From Mytilus trossulus (Eukaryota), in NCBI RefSeq assembly GCF_036588685.1, contig NC_086374.1, positions 97,030,001 to 97,094,000 of the forward strand: 64,000 bases of DNA. Reading direction: 5' to 3'. Shown here in pieces: positions 13,713-28,243 of this stretch. A model generated the notes under the pieces. It was not told the DNA's origin and did no database searches. It saw nothing but the letters and a program-made list of their open reading frames with translations. The stretch's first letter is position 1, and each line of letters starts with the position of its first letter. The translations under genes and the position numbers were made by a program.

Positions 13713-16700
13713 GCTGCTTTTAACTACTACAAACATGTCTAGTTAAATTTGAATCGAAGTGTTCAAATATTAATTAGAAAACTAGTTGAAAAAAAGATAA
13801 TAGCATGAAAAATTTTATATTTAAAAAGCTATAAAAACAATTATCATCATTTATTTATCAGGCTAATATCATAAAATGTCTCTTGTGGTTATTTTTCATC
13901 AGAAAATATTTTATCTACCTGTTTATTTTAGTCTTCAAGACTTTAATATATTCAACTCTGATGAATATCAGAATTTTGCATTCAAATCTTCTAGCAATAT
14001 TTCTGAAAGGTTATACGTAACTTTATCACATATAACTATGATTTAGGTCAGTTTAGGTTGCTGTCCCATCAAGATATACCCCATATCTCCTTTAATTAAT
14101 TTCTTTAGAATGTGAAAGTACAAATATAGTGCCCTAACCTATATTTCACATATTTCTTCTCCTATTAGCAGCAGTATTCAGATATTAAATTTGATTAAGT
14201 CAATATTTGTACATGTCTAGTTATTTCAGCAAAATAATAAAATTAGATTAAAGGTACTTTTACATTCATATGCTTCAAATGACTAAACAAACAAAAATCT
14301 ATTACAATATGAATTTATTAATTCCTTTTTTTCTTGTTGAAATTAATTAAGGTTCAATACGTCTGAAACCAAGCAAAAATAAATATTAATCAAAGTAATA
14401 TGGCTATTTTTATCTAAATATGCATACAAATACTTCAAAATGCAACTTCTCTAAACATGGTTTAAAGTTCTCAAAATCACATTAAAATCGTCAAAGGAAT
14501 GTCAAGCACATTAGAACATGCTCTCAAATGTAGAAAATGATGATTTGATCTGCACCTAAATCTATTCCTTTATTTACTTTCAGGATGCAAAAGTTTAATA
14601 ACCACAAGTATAAATGTCAATGTTTAAATGAGCATTCTTTAAAACATTATGTCTGAATAAAACAATGTTACATAGTTGTTGACTGTAAATTGAGAAATTT
14701 TCTGAATGACTTTATTTCAAGCTCACTTTCATTTCTTTCATTAAAGTGGGTGGTTCTGCATCATAAAACCAGGTTTAACCTACCGGTATCAAATTTCCAT
14801 CACAATGGGCTTTTTTTTATCAAACCTGGTTTAACCATCAACTTCCAATACAGAGTATTCTAACTGTAGGCAATTGGTAAAAACATTTTCGTTGTGTGTT
14901 CTAACAGTGATTCAAAAAATTTCCAGTGACTTTCAATATTTTAATTGATAGAATATAGTTAAATAAAACTTTAAAATACTTGGATGGAGGAAGGTTCCGG
15001 GTTTGGAAATTGTAATGTCTATTCTAATATTTTGACATCACTTGAAAAAAATCTGGCTACCATACTAAATTCTCCCCCTTTTCCAAAGGAACTTCAAGAT
15101 CTAGAAATTCCTGACTTTTACAGAATTATCATTTATTTGTTTTTTCGATACTCCCCTTCAAATCAGGCTATCACCACTATTTACCACCCCTAACAAGCTT
15201 CAACAAAACTTTCCCGGTGGAGAAAACTAGTCCACAGTAAACATACTTACTTACCTGTCATTACAGTCTATAAATTCCACAAAAATAATAAATAGCTACA
15301 ACTTTATCAGTAAAATCGATGACTATTGATACAATTATCTTGTCAAATTCATTCATTGATCCGCCTAATTCAACAAAACAACAGGAATTTGTTCTAATAT
15401 TATAAGTATGTCATCCTAAGGCAAGCGAGGGAGCCTCTCAAATGACCATTGATCACAGATATTTATAAAATCATTAAAACAACAGTTCTGATAAGTTTTT
15501 CAAGGTATTAAAGGAAAAGTAATGACAATGTTAACAAAGAAGCTTGATGAATATTCCCACTTTCATACTACAATAGTTTTAATGATTATTACTCTCAATC
15601 TAAAACAGAATATTAAACAAAGGAGATGAAACACTTTCTACAGTAATCCCATAGAGAGGAAAGATTACCTTATTCTTTTCATTAATCAAGATATGATCTT
15701 TCAACTAAAACATTCAAGTGTTGATGTCTTTTTTTATGGTTAAACTTTTTCATACTTTGAATGATCCATGATCTTTAAGGTTGTGTTAAACAACAGGGAC
15801 CATGTTCTTGTTCAGCATCTTCTATTTTTATTGATTGATAGATTGTTGATGTTTTAGTGCCACTTTTAAGCACCACTTTTGACCATCAAAATTTTGCAAA
15901 GGACCAACACGATATCAGGACTTGACAATAGAAATAATAGCAAGGACCAGCAGATTTTCTTCAAGGACCAAAAGGGGGAAAAAATTTGAGGGAGGAAAAG
16001 ACAGAAAGGTGCAGAAAGGGATAACTATTTCTCTAATTTTTGTGCTATTTTCACATTTCCTGATCTTAGTGAGAAAAATATTTCTCCCCACAAGTGAAAA
16101 ATCTGTTCTCTGCAACTGATTAGTCAAAATTTGAATATGATGTCTAAAAGTTTTGTTTTCTTCTGATTTTTTTTCTATTGTGACGCCATGAAAAAAGGTG
16201 GCAATGCCTGATGACGTCACATTTAAAGGACACAAGATTCCGACACTATAACTTGTGTATTACGATATTTCTCCATTCTCGGCAGTTAAATTTAAGTAAT
16301 TTAAAGAGCATGGCAAGCATCACGCTTTAAAGAATAAAATTTAACTGTCTTGAGAAGAGAAATATTGTATTACATTTGTTGCAGTGTAGGAATCTATATG
16401 TCTCCAATTTTTTTTTCAAGAGGATAAAAGCAAAATGTTAATTTGCAAACAACAATAACAACTGGACAACAAGTTCCTGGTTTGAAACAAGACATATACA
16501 GATTGCAGCAGGGTTAAACATGTTTGTGAATAACAAATTGAGTAGGATTGGCTTACACTAGATTGACATTGCAAGCAATAGCGTACTTCACTAGTTACTG
16601 TGAAGGTTATATACTTTTTTGCACAATGAACTCAGCCACCCAGATATAACATATTATATTGATTATACATCCTGGTGAGATAGTATTGAATTATCCTGAA

Positions 16701-19681
16701 ACTTTCTAAGGCTAACATCAGTCTGCAAGTCACATCTTATAGGATTATTGTATGAAATACATTAAGAGGATAATTGTTAGAAGAAGGAATATATTGGTAG
16801 ACGAAGACCACTCTACAAGAGACTAAACTGGAAAGAAATACCTTGTACATTAAAGGAACAATGAATTCATTTATATTATTCTTCACCTAAAACTTTAAAA
16901 TATGGTTGGAAACATTTTTTTTTAATTAAGAGAAAAATCATTTATAGTGTCAGCTCTGTAATAATTCATAGTAAGAAATAATTTATTGCCTATAGAAAGA
17001 TAAATCCTTATTAAACAAGGTCAGCTCCAGCTTTACACATATTATAAATTTTATCATTATGTAATATATATATATATTGCATGATAAATTGTAGACCATT
17101 AAGATTACAGAAAATCCCAAACTTAACTACAATTATTGGAGAACTGATAATATTGGCACCATCCTGATTTAATCCTTAAATGATCAAAATTGAAACTCTG
17201 AACATTAAGAAAGGGCTAATCTAAAAAATTGTTGAAAGTGCTTCCTCTAATTGAGTTGTATGATATCTGTGTTAGTAAATATATACATGTAGCATGTATC
17301 AGTCAACCTTCTTGCTGCATAGCCTTTTACTCTACTGTGGTAGCATGAATGTTCATGCAATACCTTGGCCCAGCTGAAGCCCCTCTTAATGCATGATTTT
17401 CTTGCTATGTTGTAGACCGATTGGAGGCATTGTGCTGTTTTATGCATTATTGTCAGGTTGTTCAAGAACCACGTGTTTCAGGAAAACTGTGGATTCATTT
17501 ATCATTTATTTTCCTCATCACAAATTTTTGTGGATCTATGAAAAAATGTATTGTATGCAAAACTGGTTTGTGTTTTTTTAAAAATCCACACATTAATGCA
17601 TGCTTTATCTGTTTCTTAAATAAATGAACAAAAATTTCAAGGCATGGGTTATCCATGAATAATAATAATTGCATTATACGTATACCCTCATCTATTTAGT
17701 TGAGACCGTAAGTTTGGGGAAAGTTATATTTTTTTGGTTCAATTCTAACCATTAGAGAGAATATAAAAGCCCTAATTTAATACGACAAAAAACATATACA
17801 GTCAGTTTCAATCTTAGTTTGAAACAAGTTACATAATGTATAAGCAGAAAACCAAGTCAAAATATATATAATTTTAAAAGTACGGTATTCAAATACATGT
17901 ACTGGTTTTTTTTGGTTGGATTATATTCAGACACCAAATGAATTGACAATGGTAACATTAGCACAGCAGTACCCACTGACAGTAAATTAAACTAGGATGC
18001 ACATTTTTAAATATTTTGCATATATTTATAAATTTAGGTCAAATTCTAGAGTGCAAAATAAACTTTGCAGTAGGAGCTGTTCTGTAAAAAATCTTTAAAA
18101 AAGTCCACCAGTTGTACTTTACCTGAGCCTCTGTAAAATGTTAACTTTCACAGAGGACTCAGGAGCAATCTTAACACTTTGAGACTTAGCCCTTATGAGT
18201 ATTTTTGGGGATATTTTAATGCATTGAAAAGTAATTATTCAAGAATGACAAAAGTGGGGTACAAAAATGTAATTCAATACAAATTTGAGAGTCTGCATGT
18301 TTTTGAAAAATTCTCCTAGGAAAAGGGTTCTTTTGCTGGAGCAAGAATATTGCAACAAAATCATTACAATCCATTTCATTGGAGAAAAAATTCAAAAAAT
18401 CATCTCTTTTACAAGTTCAAACTTACTACTGTTGACTTTTCAAACTAGTAGTCTTTCTGTAATATTCAAACTATAATTAACTTTCTAAAAGACACTAAAC
18501 TAAAGTTCAAGTTCATGTGATCAATTTAAAAGTCAAAAAGTCTTTGTGTGCTATTTAACATTTTATTTTAAACAAACAGAATTATGCTTCAGAGGTCCCC
18601 ATGATTTTAATTTATACATTTTTAACTTTATTTCTAATTAAGCGGAACAGTGTTTTAATTAGGTCTTTGCACCATATAGGGTAACTGATTTAAGTATAGA
18701 GTTTCACTTTCTAACTTCATATTTTAATCTGATAGTAAGAGTGGTTTGACTGCCTATTAGACAACTATCAACTGGAGAACAACCCAAATGAATGTAAACA
18801 TTTGCTGCAAATTCAGAAATTATTGCATTTATTTATCATTGTGATATTGAGCAGTCTGTAGTTATCCAAAATCCTGTTTAATTCATATATAAAAAATTAA
18901 AATGCTAGTTAAAATTATTGCGACTAGAATCCTGTTGCATTTTTCACACTAAATAAAACATCGCAATTAATTTTGAATTTACAGTAGACAACTATCAACT
19001 AGAGACCAAACCATGACCATGAGAATGTAAACATTAAGTTTTTACATTAGAAAACTTTCCTAATACCATCTTAACTGACCCCATAACGTCCCCCAATTTT
19101 TAATTCTTGACCTTTTCATCTAACTTATAACTGAAGTGTCCAGCTTGTTAGCATTATAACAATTCTATCAAGAGAAGAATATAACCTAATCTTCTTACTC
19201 TTAAAACCTGTTGAACAACAATGGCTATACTAGCATTGGATTTCGTTATGACATTCTTTAAATAGATTCATTTATTTCTGTTATATAACTTTTTTAAATA
19301 ATACTACAAACACAGACCTGAAGATCAAACAACATACTTCAATACAATTTGAGAATTATTTTTTTTATGTTGCCTAATTTTTTCAAAACATCTGTTTTGA
19401 GTTGTAGACTTTAATTTAATAATTTCAGTTTTAACAGACATTGGTATCATATTTAATAATCAAACAAAACATATGTGTGTATTGTAAATAGCTATATAAA
19501 TTCAAAAGCAGCTTTATAGTTTGACAAGTCATTTTTGAGGTCCTTTATAGCTTGCTGTTCAGTATGAGCTGAGGCTCTGTGTTAAAGACCGTACTTTGAA
19601 CTTTAACAGTTTACTTTTACAAGTTGCGACTTGGATGGAGAGATGTCTCATTAGCACTCATACCACATCTTCTTATATCTG

Positions 19682-19787
19682 TTTGATCCAAAGGTCTGAT
19701 TCTCTGAGAGACAGAAAGCCTAAGGTTTGATCCAAATGTCTGATTCTCTGAGAGACAAAATGCCTAAGCTTTGATCCTGAGGTCTGA
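19682..19787. repeat. ~45-bp tandem repeat, ~2.4 copies
   Basis: tttgatccaaa.gtctgattctctgagagaca repeated in tandem. Confidence 0.8.
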
Positions 19788-21894
19788 CACATTTTACACA
19801 AGTGGATATACTTGTCATAGTGTCTGCTTAAAAAGGACAAGAAAAATGTTGACTCAAATTTTGATAGAATAAGCCAATCAGCTAGAAGGTCTTTAAAAAA
19901 ACCACCTGCAATATCTTAGCCCAAATGGCATCCCAATAATGTATTCATTAAAACTCATCACTATTTTTTGGGTAATTAAGACATGCTACACCACTGCATT
20001 GTCATAATAATCCAATTCGTAACGTACCTTAAGTCTTTACTACAGAAAAATCTGACAAAAATTAATTCTCTAGTTTGTCTTTAAAGTCAATACATATTTG
20101 TTAACAGTATAGCAACCATCATTTAAACAAACTATATACCAATCTATAACCTACTTTTTATCAATTCAATACATGCATATTTGCTTTAATGTTGAAGAAT
20201 GAAAAAGAAGTTAGAATGCACAATGTAAATAGCTAGTTGTTAATATATGCTTTTGCTCTGAACCTTTTCATTAGTCCATACAACAATAATTATATTCATG
20301 CTTTAATCACTTGCTGTGAACGTGTACTACGGTAGCTCACCAATGTGGATTTGATCACCTCCTCATTTAAAGGGCAAATAAGTGTGAAGAATAATAAATA
20401 TATACAGGGGTTTTGATTAGGTTTAATAAAACTTTGAATCAGTCCTTTTAAACCACAAACCATTGCAAAATATTTACTATTTTTAAAGACTTAATTGTAG
20501 AATAATTTAGTTGTTCAGTATTTCACTTCCAAATTCCAATGCATTAGTTATTTAATTTTAAACAATTATCCTTTTTAAACTATTCTACATATTTTTATCC
20601 TCTTAATTGAAAAAAATAATGATTTCCAATATTTGAAACTTTTGAACCTGATTTGCTTACTCAGCATTTTATAGTTTATTGCAAATTTCTAGAAACTTCT
20701 AATCCTATAAACATGAAATTTCAAAGCAGAAATACAACATTTTTACATAACTCCTAAAAAAATCTTAGTTACAAAGTCATTCTAGCAACTGGGATTATAC
20801 TTATCAATTAATCGCAATCAACATACGTAAATTTCAAATCAACATTTACCTATACTTATCAAAACGTCAATTACTTATCCATTCTATTTAATGAATTGGG
20901 TTTTATAACTTCAAAATAAGGTAATAAATTCTAAACCATTTGAAAAACATAAGAAAAAGGCCATGTACGATGTAGAGTCTTATCAAAGAAATTCCTCAAT
21001 AATCCATACTCAATCATGATCTAATACTGATAAAGAGAGTTTCACCTCGGAGGTGATGCTTCTATACGTCCCCAGCGAAGTTTGTAAAAATGTAGTAAAT
21101 AATTTTGTTATCCTATGCAAACAGTTACATACTTGATACACACGATCCCACACTGCTAGCAGCGTGATATTAATTCCAAACTATCGACAAGTACTTAGGT
21201 CTTAAGATAACTGACAAATGTTTTTGTATCCCTACTTGTCAAACATGTAAAACAATAATTCTAACCAGACTGTAAATATAGGCAGCTAAACCAGCAGGGA
21301 TCAGTGATTATTTCTTGTATTGCTCTAAATAAAGACTGAATCAATAAAAACTGAATCAATACAAATTACAAAAAAATAGTCCCCAGTCTTTTGCTTCTTC
21401 ATATTTTCCTCCTGTCTATATGTAGCTAGGAGTCCTCATTTGGAGGCAAATAAATTATATAAATTAACACTGTAAAACAAATAAAATTATCTCTTTACAC
21501 ATATAAATAAATGAGTTTCTTATAGTGAGTGTCTTGAGATGAAATTTCTTTTTCATAGTGGCTGATTCTTTAGACTCTTATTTATATTGCTAAAGCAAAA
21601 CCCTCTGTTCAATAAAATTTCAGACAAAGTACATTTAAGATCACTTTTGAGTTTTACTTCATATGTGTAGAAGTATTCTTGTCCCCCTTTTTTAGATAAT
21701 TGGTTTCATCTTAAACCAAATAATCATTGACTACAGACTTCCCCATGGCATAAACTTTTTTGACTCAATAAACCTGAAGCTCATTTTTTAAAAACTTTAG
21801 TCAGATTCTATTGGCTTGAAGAGAAGAGTTTTACAAGCCATTGCCGAAGGACTTGTGGTTATACGTGAAGACTGTGACTAGCTTATCAACCTAC

Positions 21895-22401
21895 CTTCTC
21901 CTATATCTTTAATACTCTTCTTAAACTTTCGTTTCATTGGCCCGTCATCTGACTGGGCGGAGTCTGTCGATCCTGTTTCCCATAGTCTGTCATTTTCAGC
22001 AGTTTTGTATTCATTATTGTTTTCCTGAGGATTGGAGTTGGTCCCTTGATAATGCGTAGTATGTTTGGCAGAGGAAGACTTGGCAGCACCAGGCACCATA
22101 ACATCCACATGAGTTAATCTATTCTCCGTCCCCACACGTTTTTGATCGTGTGGAGCATGTGAGGTAGGCTCATTTAGAAATCGTATTTCCGTTTCCCTGA
22201 TAGCACGCGAGTCAGTGAGTGTTGTCTGTATAGAGTTAGGCGGTGAATTAGAACGGAGAAATGTCAAATTATTATATTGCCCTGGTGGCAAGTCCAAATA
22301 TGTGCCATCAGGGTTAATTTCCCTTAGTTCTTGTTTGTCTCTAAAATCTACACGTTTTCCTTCCATTTTAGAAGCAGAAGTAAAATCTTCATTCTCGTCA
22401 T
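21895..22401 (-). CDS. CEP350: CEP350-like coding exon 5, DDENEDF...KSIKDIGE
   Basis: ttcag acceptor after a T-rich tract, GAAG|gtaggt donor; 507 nt, phase 1 to 1; core of ORF 21878..22429; more GC-rich than the flanking intron. Confidence 0.88.
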
Positions 22402-23597
22402 CTGAATAGTCAACACACAAAATAAACAAAAATTACTACATGTAAACAAAAGTATAAAAGAGTGTATGTAAACTGTGGTTTCATTTATTTTTGTAAGTAT
22501 CAACTATAAGTATTTTGAATCAAGGAAGAAGAAATTGTATAAACACTTGATTTTACCTAGATTTGCACACAGCTATAAGCCTTCAGAATATTTAAAAATC
22601 TTTTAACATTTAAATTTATGGTTTAGCTTTATCCAAGATATTCATGAAAAACTTGGTACCCCATGAATAATAATAATACCTCAGTACACTACATTGTGTA
22701 AGTTTTTAAGGATCAAAACAGAAAATCTAGCTAAAGAATTATCATGACAAGGGTCAACTATTACAGGTCATATCATTTGAAGGTTCTTCTGATATGTGCA
22801 CTATTACCCCCAAAAGTATGTTGGTTGTTGGTGGATTTTCCTATCCTCATCTAACTATTTAAATGAAATAAACTTGATAAGTTTATTGCTCATTCTTTTT
22901 TCTGTCTTTTAACAATTTGTGTTGTTAGGTTGATGTCTCATTGAGGCTCAACCAACATCTTTTAAATATGCAGGTTTACAAATGTACTAACAAATATCTG
23001 TTAGAACCACATCAATGTTTCTTCTGATGTCAATTGTAAAAGACCTAAATACTCTTTTTAATAAAAAGATTTTTACCACATAAAGTTTTGCACAATTTAT
23101 AAGCCTAAAAAACTTTTTTGTATGAAAAGATTTCATCAATAACAGGATCTCTTTATGAGGAGTGTCAAATCTATTCAGAAAACAAATCTAAGTTTTCATT
23201 CACTTTTTCTTTCCCATTAAACAAATTGAAACACATGAAAAATAAAAGAAATCACAAATGGATATCATATTTTCCTTTTTAAAAGTTATATTTGCTGTTA
23301 AATACAATTTTTCAAGATAAAAACCACGAATCAAACAATGAAAACTTTTTAAAAGACACATACATTTCTTACAAATCAACTTTATATAATATAACAGAGA
23401 TGTGGCACGGTCATCAATGAGACAACTATCCAACAGAGTTCAAAGTTCATGGATAGAATTCTCTTTTAATCAAGGATTAACTTGTCATCATAAGAATGTT
23501 CTGCACTTAGGAGAGATCCAGCTTAATGTATTGATTCAAATCAATGTTGTTCAAGTTACATATAGGGCAAGATGTGACCTATCATTGATTTAATCTA

Positions 23598-24575
23598 AAC
23601 TAGAGGCTCTAAAGAGCCTGTGTTGCTCACCTTGGTGTATGTGAATATTAAACAAAGGATTCAGTAAAAATTTACAAATTTTATGAAAATTGTTAAAAAT
23701 TGACTATAAAGGACAATAACTCCTTAATTGACCATTTTGGTCATGCTGACTTATTTTTAGGTCTTACTTTGCTGTACATTATTGCTGTTTACAGTTTATC
23801 TCTATCTATAGTAATATTCAAGATAATAACCTAAAACAGCAAAATTTCCCTAAAATTACCAATTCAGAGGCAGCAACCCAACAACGGGTTGTCCTATTAA
23901 TCTGAAAATTTCAGGGCTGAAAGATCTAAACCTGATAAACAATTATACCTCATGTCAGATTCGCTATTAATGCTTTGGATTTTGAGTTATAAGCCAAAAA
24001 CTGCATTTTACCCCTATGTTTTATTTTTAGCCATTGCGTCCATCTTGATTGGTTGGCCGGGCCACGCCACACATTTTTGAAACCCAAAATATGATTGTGG
24101 CCAAGTTTGAATTAATTTGGTCCAGCAGTTTTAGAGGAGAAGATTTTTGTAAAAGATATATTTGATTTATGAAAAATGGTTAAAAATTGACTTTAAAGGG
24201 CAATAACTCTTAAAGGGGCTTAACTGACCATTTTGGTTATGTTGACCTATTTGTAAATCTTACTTTGCTGAAAATGATGGCTGTTATTTATCTCTTTCTA
24301 AAATAATATTCAAGATAATAACCAAAAACAGCAAAATTTCCCTAATATTACCAATTTAGGGGTAGCAACCCAACAACGGGTTGTCCGATTCATCTGAAAA
24401 TTTCAGGGCAGATAGATCTTAACCTGGTTAACAATTTTACCCCACGTTAGATTTTCCCTAAATGCTTTGGTTTCAGAGTTATAAGCCAAAAATTGCATTT
24501 TACCCCATGTTCTATTTTTAGCCAAGGTGGCCATCTTGTTGGTTTGGCAGGTCACGCCACACATAACTTAACCAG
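23598..24575 (+). mobile_element. HINE-like element with two ~490-bp internal tandem units
   Basis: Starts aactagaggctctaaagagcc (small hairpin); units begin ~23700 and ~24188 with long shared blocks (caacccaacaacgggttgtcc, gagttataagccaaaaa). Confidence 0.6.
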
Positions 24576-24725
24576 ATAAGGAATGGATTAAGATATGGAA
24601 AGACTACCTACATGTGCCTCTCTCAGTATATGATGAAGGAGAATCATACAAAAGGCCCTGATTTATGATTTTTGAGATCCAAGAAAGTGTTATCACAAAA
24701 CAAATCAATTTGATTCTAAACTCAC

Positions 24726-24795
24726 CTTTTTTGCTGATTTTTCTTGTTTCTCTGTTTCTCATTACATTGCTCCTTCCATACTTGTCCACAACAGC
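24726..24795 (-). CDS. CEP350: CEP350-like coding exon 4, AVVDKYGRSNVMRNRETRKISKK
   Basis: ttttag acceptor, AAG|gtgagt donor; 70 nt, phase 0 to 1; TRKISKK motif. Confidence 0.82.
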
Positions 24796-26539
24796 CTAAA
24801 ATATATATCTGCATGTATCATCTGCTTATTGTCATTGGCAGCTATATAAGATAGTCATGTAAAGTCAAAGAGGTTTATTCTATTGTTATAATAGATATTA
24901 CACAAGCTGGTGAATGGTGATACAAAGTTTCCCTAATGGAATGAACAGAATTGTGAAAGAAAAAAAAATCACTTGAATAATTCTGCTTTCAACAGCTTAA
25001 ATTTCTAACTGTCATGTTAACGCATGGAGAAAATTGCTTCACATGTGTATGGACTCTATTATAACCCAAATGCATAGAACAAAGAAAAATACTTTTCATC
25101 AAATAGAAATATGAAGTTTAAAAAACAATGGCATGTGATAATGTTGTGGGATTTCAGAGCCGCTCTGAAAGCAGGTTCTGAAAGGAAGCAGGCAGCATGA
25201 ATATAGTTTGAATTGTAAATTGGTGAATGTTTTAAATGAAAATAGCTTTGAGAATACTAGCAACGTTGCCAAACACTGCACAAAGTTTTTGAGGGACCAT
25301 ACACATTCAAGATATGAATTTGGTTCCTTAAATGAAAAAAAGAAAACTATGGAGGGAGTGAAGATCTATTTTAACTTTGTAAGGCATTTCAAAAAGCATT
25401 TAAATGTATACCATGGTCTTTCACTTCAAAGTAAAGTATAAAGTAGTCTTTGTGTGTTTTTTGTCAAGAAGACAGCCTTATTTTACACATTCCTAGGAAT
25501 TTATTACGTAATGTATGTATTGCTGAAAAACCAAACCTTAGTACTTAAATTTACTGTAAAAGTATCCATAAAATACCAAGTTTCCTAGCAATTTAGAAAA
25601 AAGTCAAGACATTTAAAATCTATATATGAAGGAGTGAAGAAAATCTCTTTAATTTATGATCTTATGTAGTTTAGGTATGCTTCCGAAATGTATAAAAACA
25701 AATTGACTCTGTGAAACTTTATTAAATAAAATCATTGATTTTTGTTTAGTAGTATTGTACTAAGCAGTTATATTTAGTTCATAAGAATAGACAATTAAAA
25801 TTTTCTCAAATATTTTGTAACAAACAGTAGAATTTTTTTTTGAAAAATAAATATCAATAAAATTGGATAATATATAAAATAAAGTAATTATTTGTAGAAA
25901 ATGTACATTATTTCCTTGTGAATGATTTTATTGAATAAAGTCAATTAAGTTATTTGAAACACAATACAATCAATCTCTACGGTTTTCAATTATTAAATTT
26001 AATAAACATGGAGTTGTCTGCAGTTTATATATGCTTTGTAGTAAGGAAAACTCTAATCTTAATGCTAATACAACAAAGTCAAGTTTCTTTAGAACCAATA
26101 TCAAACATTGTCATTATTTCATGTTTATTTATTTGCTTTGAAGTTGAATTTCTCTACATATTTTGTAGAATATGTGGCTTTATAAATGTACAACGCTGAT
26201 ACATGTATAAGAATTACTCCCTACCTAACAAACTTTCACCGTGTTTAATTACTCCCTACCTAACAAACTTTTACCATGTCATTTTGGTCTTTTGTGGATA
26301 GTTGTCTCACTGGCAATCATACCACATCTTCTTTTTTATATTACTATAGGAGTAATATGCAGAAGTATCTTGTGACCAAATTAAGTTAATGTGTGGCAAT
26401 GACAAATCTAAAGTAAACTAAGCTGACATTTGAGTTATCTTCATTATTTTTTGCTTTTACATCCAGTTGTTGCATGTGAAAGGCAAGCTACGCTTTTCTA
26501 AGGGAATTTTCTTGTATCCTAAAACATATGATGACCTAC

Positions 26540-26671
26540 CCCTGAAGGAAACTCATTGATGTTTGAATTGTCCATGAGAGAACTGTAGTTTCTAACACTT
26601 GGATTCCCTGTCTCATTTAAATATACTGGAGAACTGTGTACATCTCCTAGCCGATGTTCTATCTTCCTCAA
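26540..26671 (-). CDS. CEP350: CEP350-like coding exon 3, LRKIEHRL...NEFPSG
   Basis: ttttacag acceptor, GGG|gtaggt donor; 132 nt, phase 0 to 0; inside ORF 26519..26707. Confidence 0.85.
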
Positions 26672-26987
26672 CTGTAAAATATACAGGATAAAATTATTCA
26701 AACACACCCTTCATTCTATAACAAAATCTTCCTTAACTGAAAGATATACAGAACAAAATCATTCAATCACACCCTTCATTCTATAACAAAATCTTCCTTA
26801 ACTGAAAGATATACAGGACAAAATCATTCAAACACACCCTTCATTCTATAACAAAATCTTCCTTAACTGAAAGATATACAGGACAAAATCATTCAAACAC
26901 ACCCTTAATTCTATAACAAAATCTTCCTTAACTGAAAGATATACAGGACAAAATTATTCAAACACACCCTTCATTCTATAACAAAAT
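26661..26987. repeat. 65-bp tandem repeat x5 overlapping the acceptor of CEP350-like coding exon 3
   Basis: Units start at 26661, 26726, 26791, 26856 and 26921 and are nearly identical. Confidence 0.95.
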
Positions 26988-27979
26988 AACTACTTAATAA
27001 TCTACCATCATACAATCATCTTATAGCCCTACTAGTCATTTCAGGAAGCTTATAAAGATTGATTGATCATTGTTACTTGCTAATTTTCCAGTGGCAAATA
27101 TTTCAAGTATATTCAGGAGAAAAAACTGAAGATAAGACAGGTTTGTGCTCCCAAAAATGGTTAACTTTGCACATTTTGTATTTTCTGTCCCAAGTCAGGA
27201 GCATGTAATTCAGTTGTTTCCGTTTGTTGCTGTATATCGTACTAATAATTGCAATTTTCTTGTTTGAATTGTTTTATATTTCTATGTTCCTATACAGTAC
27301 ATGTTTGCTCATTGTTGAAGGCCATACAGTAACCTGTAGTTGTTAACATCCACATCTTTTAGTCTCAGGTGAAAAGTTTTCTCATTAGCAATTATAACCA
27401 ATCTTCTTATCTTTATAGAGATCTTAATAGTTAATTGGTAAAAACAAATTTTTTCTCTTACCTAAAATTTTCAATTTAATTATCGTGAACATACCATAGT
27501 AAGTCAAGGTTAGGGAATCAACGTTAAATGGTCGAAACAGGACTTAATTTTTAATAAGATCACTCAATTGGAAAATATTTGTTCAGTTTAATTAGCCACA
27601 AAACACTACCGATACCAATCAAAACCATAATATGATAAATGCTACAGTTACCTGTTAAGGTTTTAAAACCAATTCTTGTGCCTTCAATCGGAATTTTATT
27701 GTCTAATTTTGTAAAATTATACTATAAATCAAGTTTAATATCTTCCAGTATGACTTGCCTTCCCTTAAAATACAATTGACAGATAAGCTTCTATTTTTTT
27801 TCGTCTTTTCTGGTTTTGAAAATTGAAAAAATTGACAAGACAATTAAACTTTAATATTCCAAAGCCAAGGTTAATCTTGAAAATTGATCTGAAGTTAAGA
27901 ATGATGTATTTATTATGCATTTAAATCTAAATCTGAATATTTGAAGGCTTACTGTATATCATGGAACAATTTTTAAAAG

Positions 27980-28243
27980 ATTTGATTTAATTTTGGTGTT
28001 TTAATGCCACTTTATAGGACCTCTTTTTGGCTTTTTTGTGGCGGCCAGTTTTTATTGGTGGAGGAAGCTGAAGCCAGTGTCCAGAGAAAACCACATACCT
28101 ACAATAGGAAAACTGACAATCCTAGTCAATTAATATAGGAATTGAGTGCACCCACATGAGCGGGGTTTGAACTCACAACCTCAGTGTTGATTTGCTAGTG
28201 ATTACAGTAGTAACTTCTTAGACAATTCGGCCACCAAGGCCCC
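27980..28243 (-). mobile_element. tRNA-derived SINE, near full length
   Basis: Minus-strand head GGGGCCTTGGTGGCCGAATTG (A-box-like), GAGTTCAAACCCC (B-box), central cttcctccaccaataaaaactggccgccac, A-rich simple-repeat tail. Confidence 0.8.

Noticed and set aside
20341-20361. 21-nt frame-preserving microexon before a gtgagc donor
   Set aside because: Only a weak GAG acceptor is available and there is no other support.
26661-26987. CRISPR-like appearance of the regular repeats (also 13181-13712 and 62545-62840)
   Set aside because: Head-to-tail units with no unique spacers, no cas genes, eukaryotic context.
28160-28243. tRNA gene
   Set aside because: A/B boxes belong to a SINE head followed by SINE body and tail; no intact cloverleaf.
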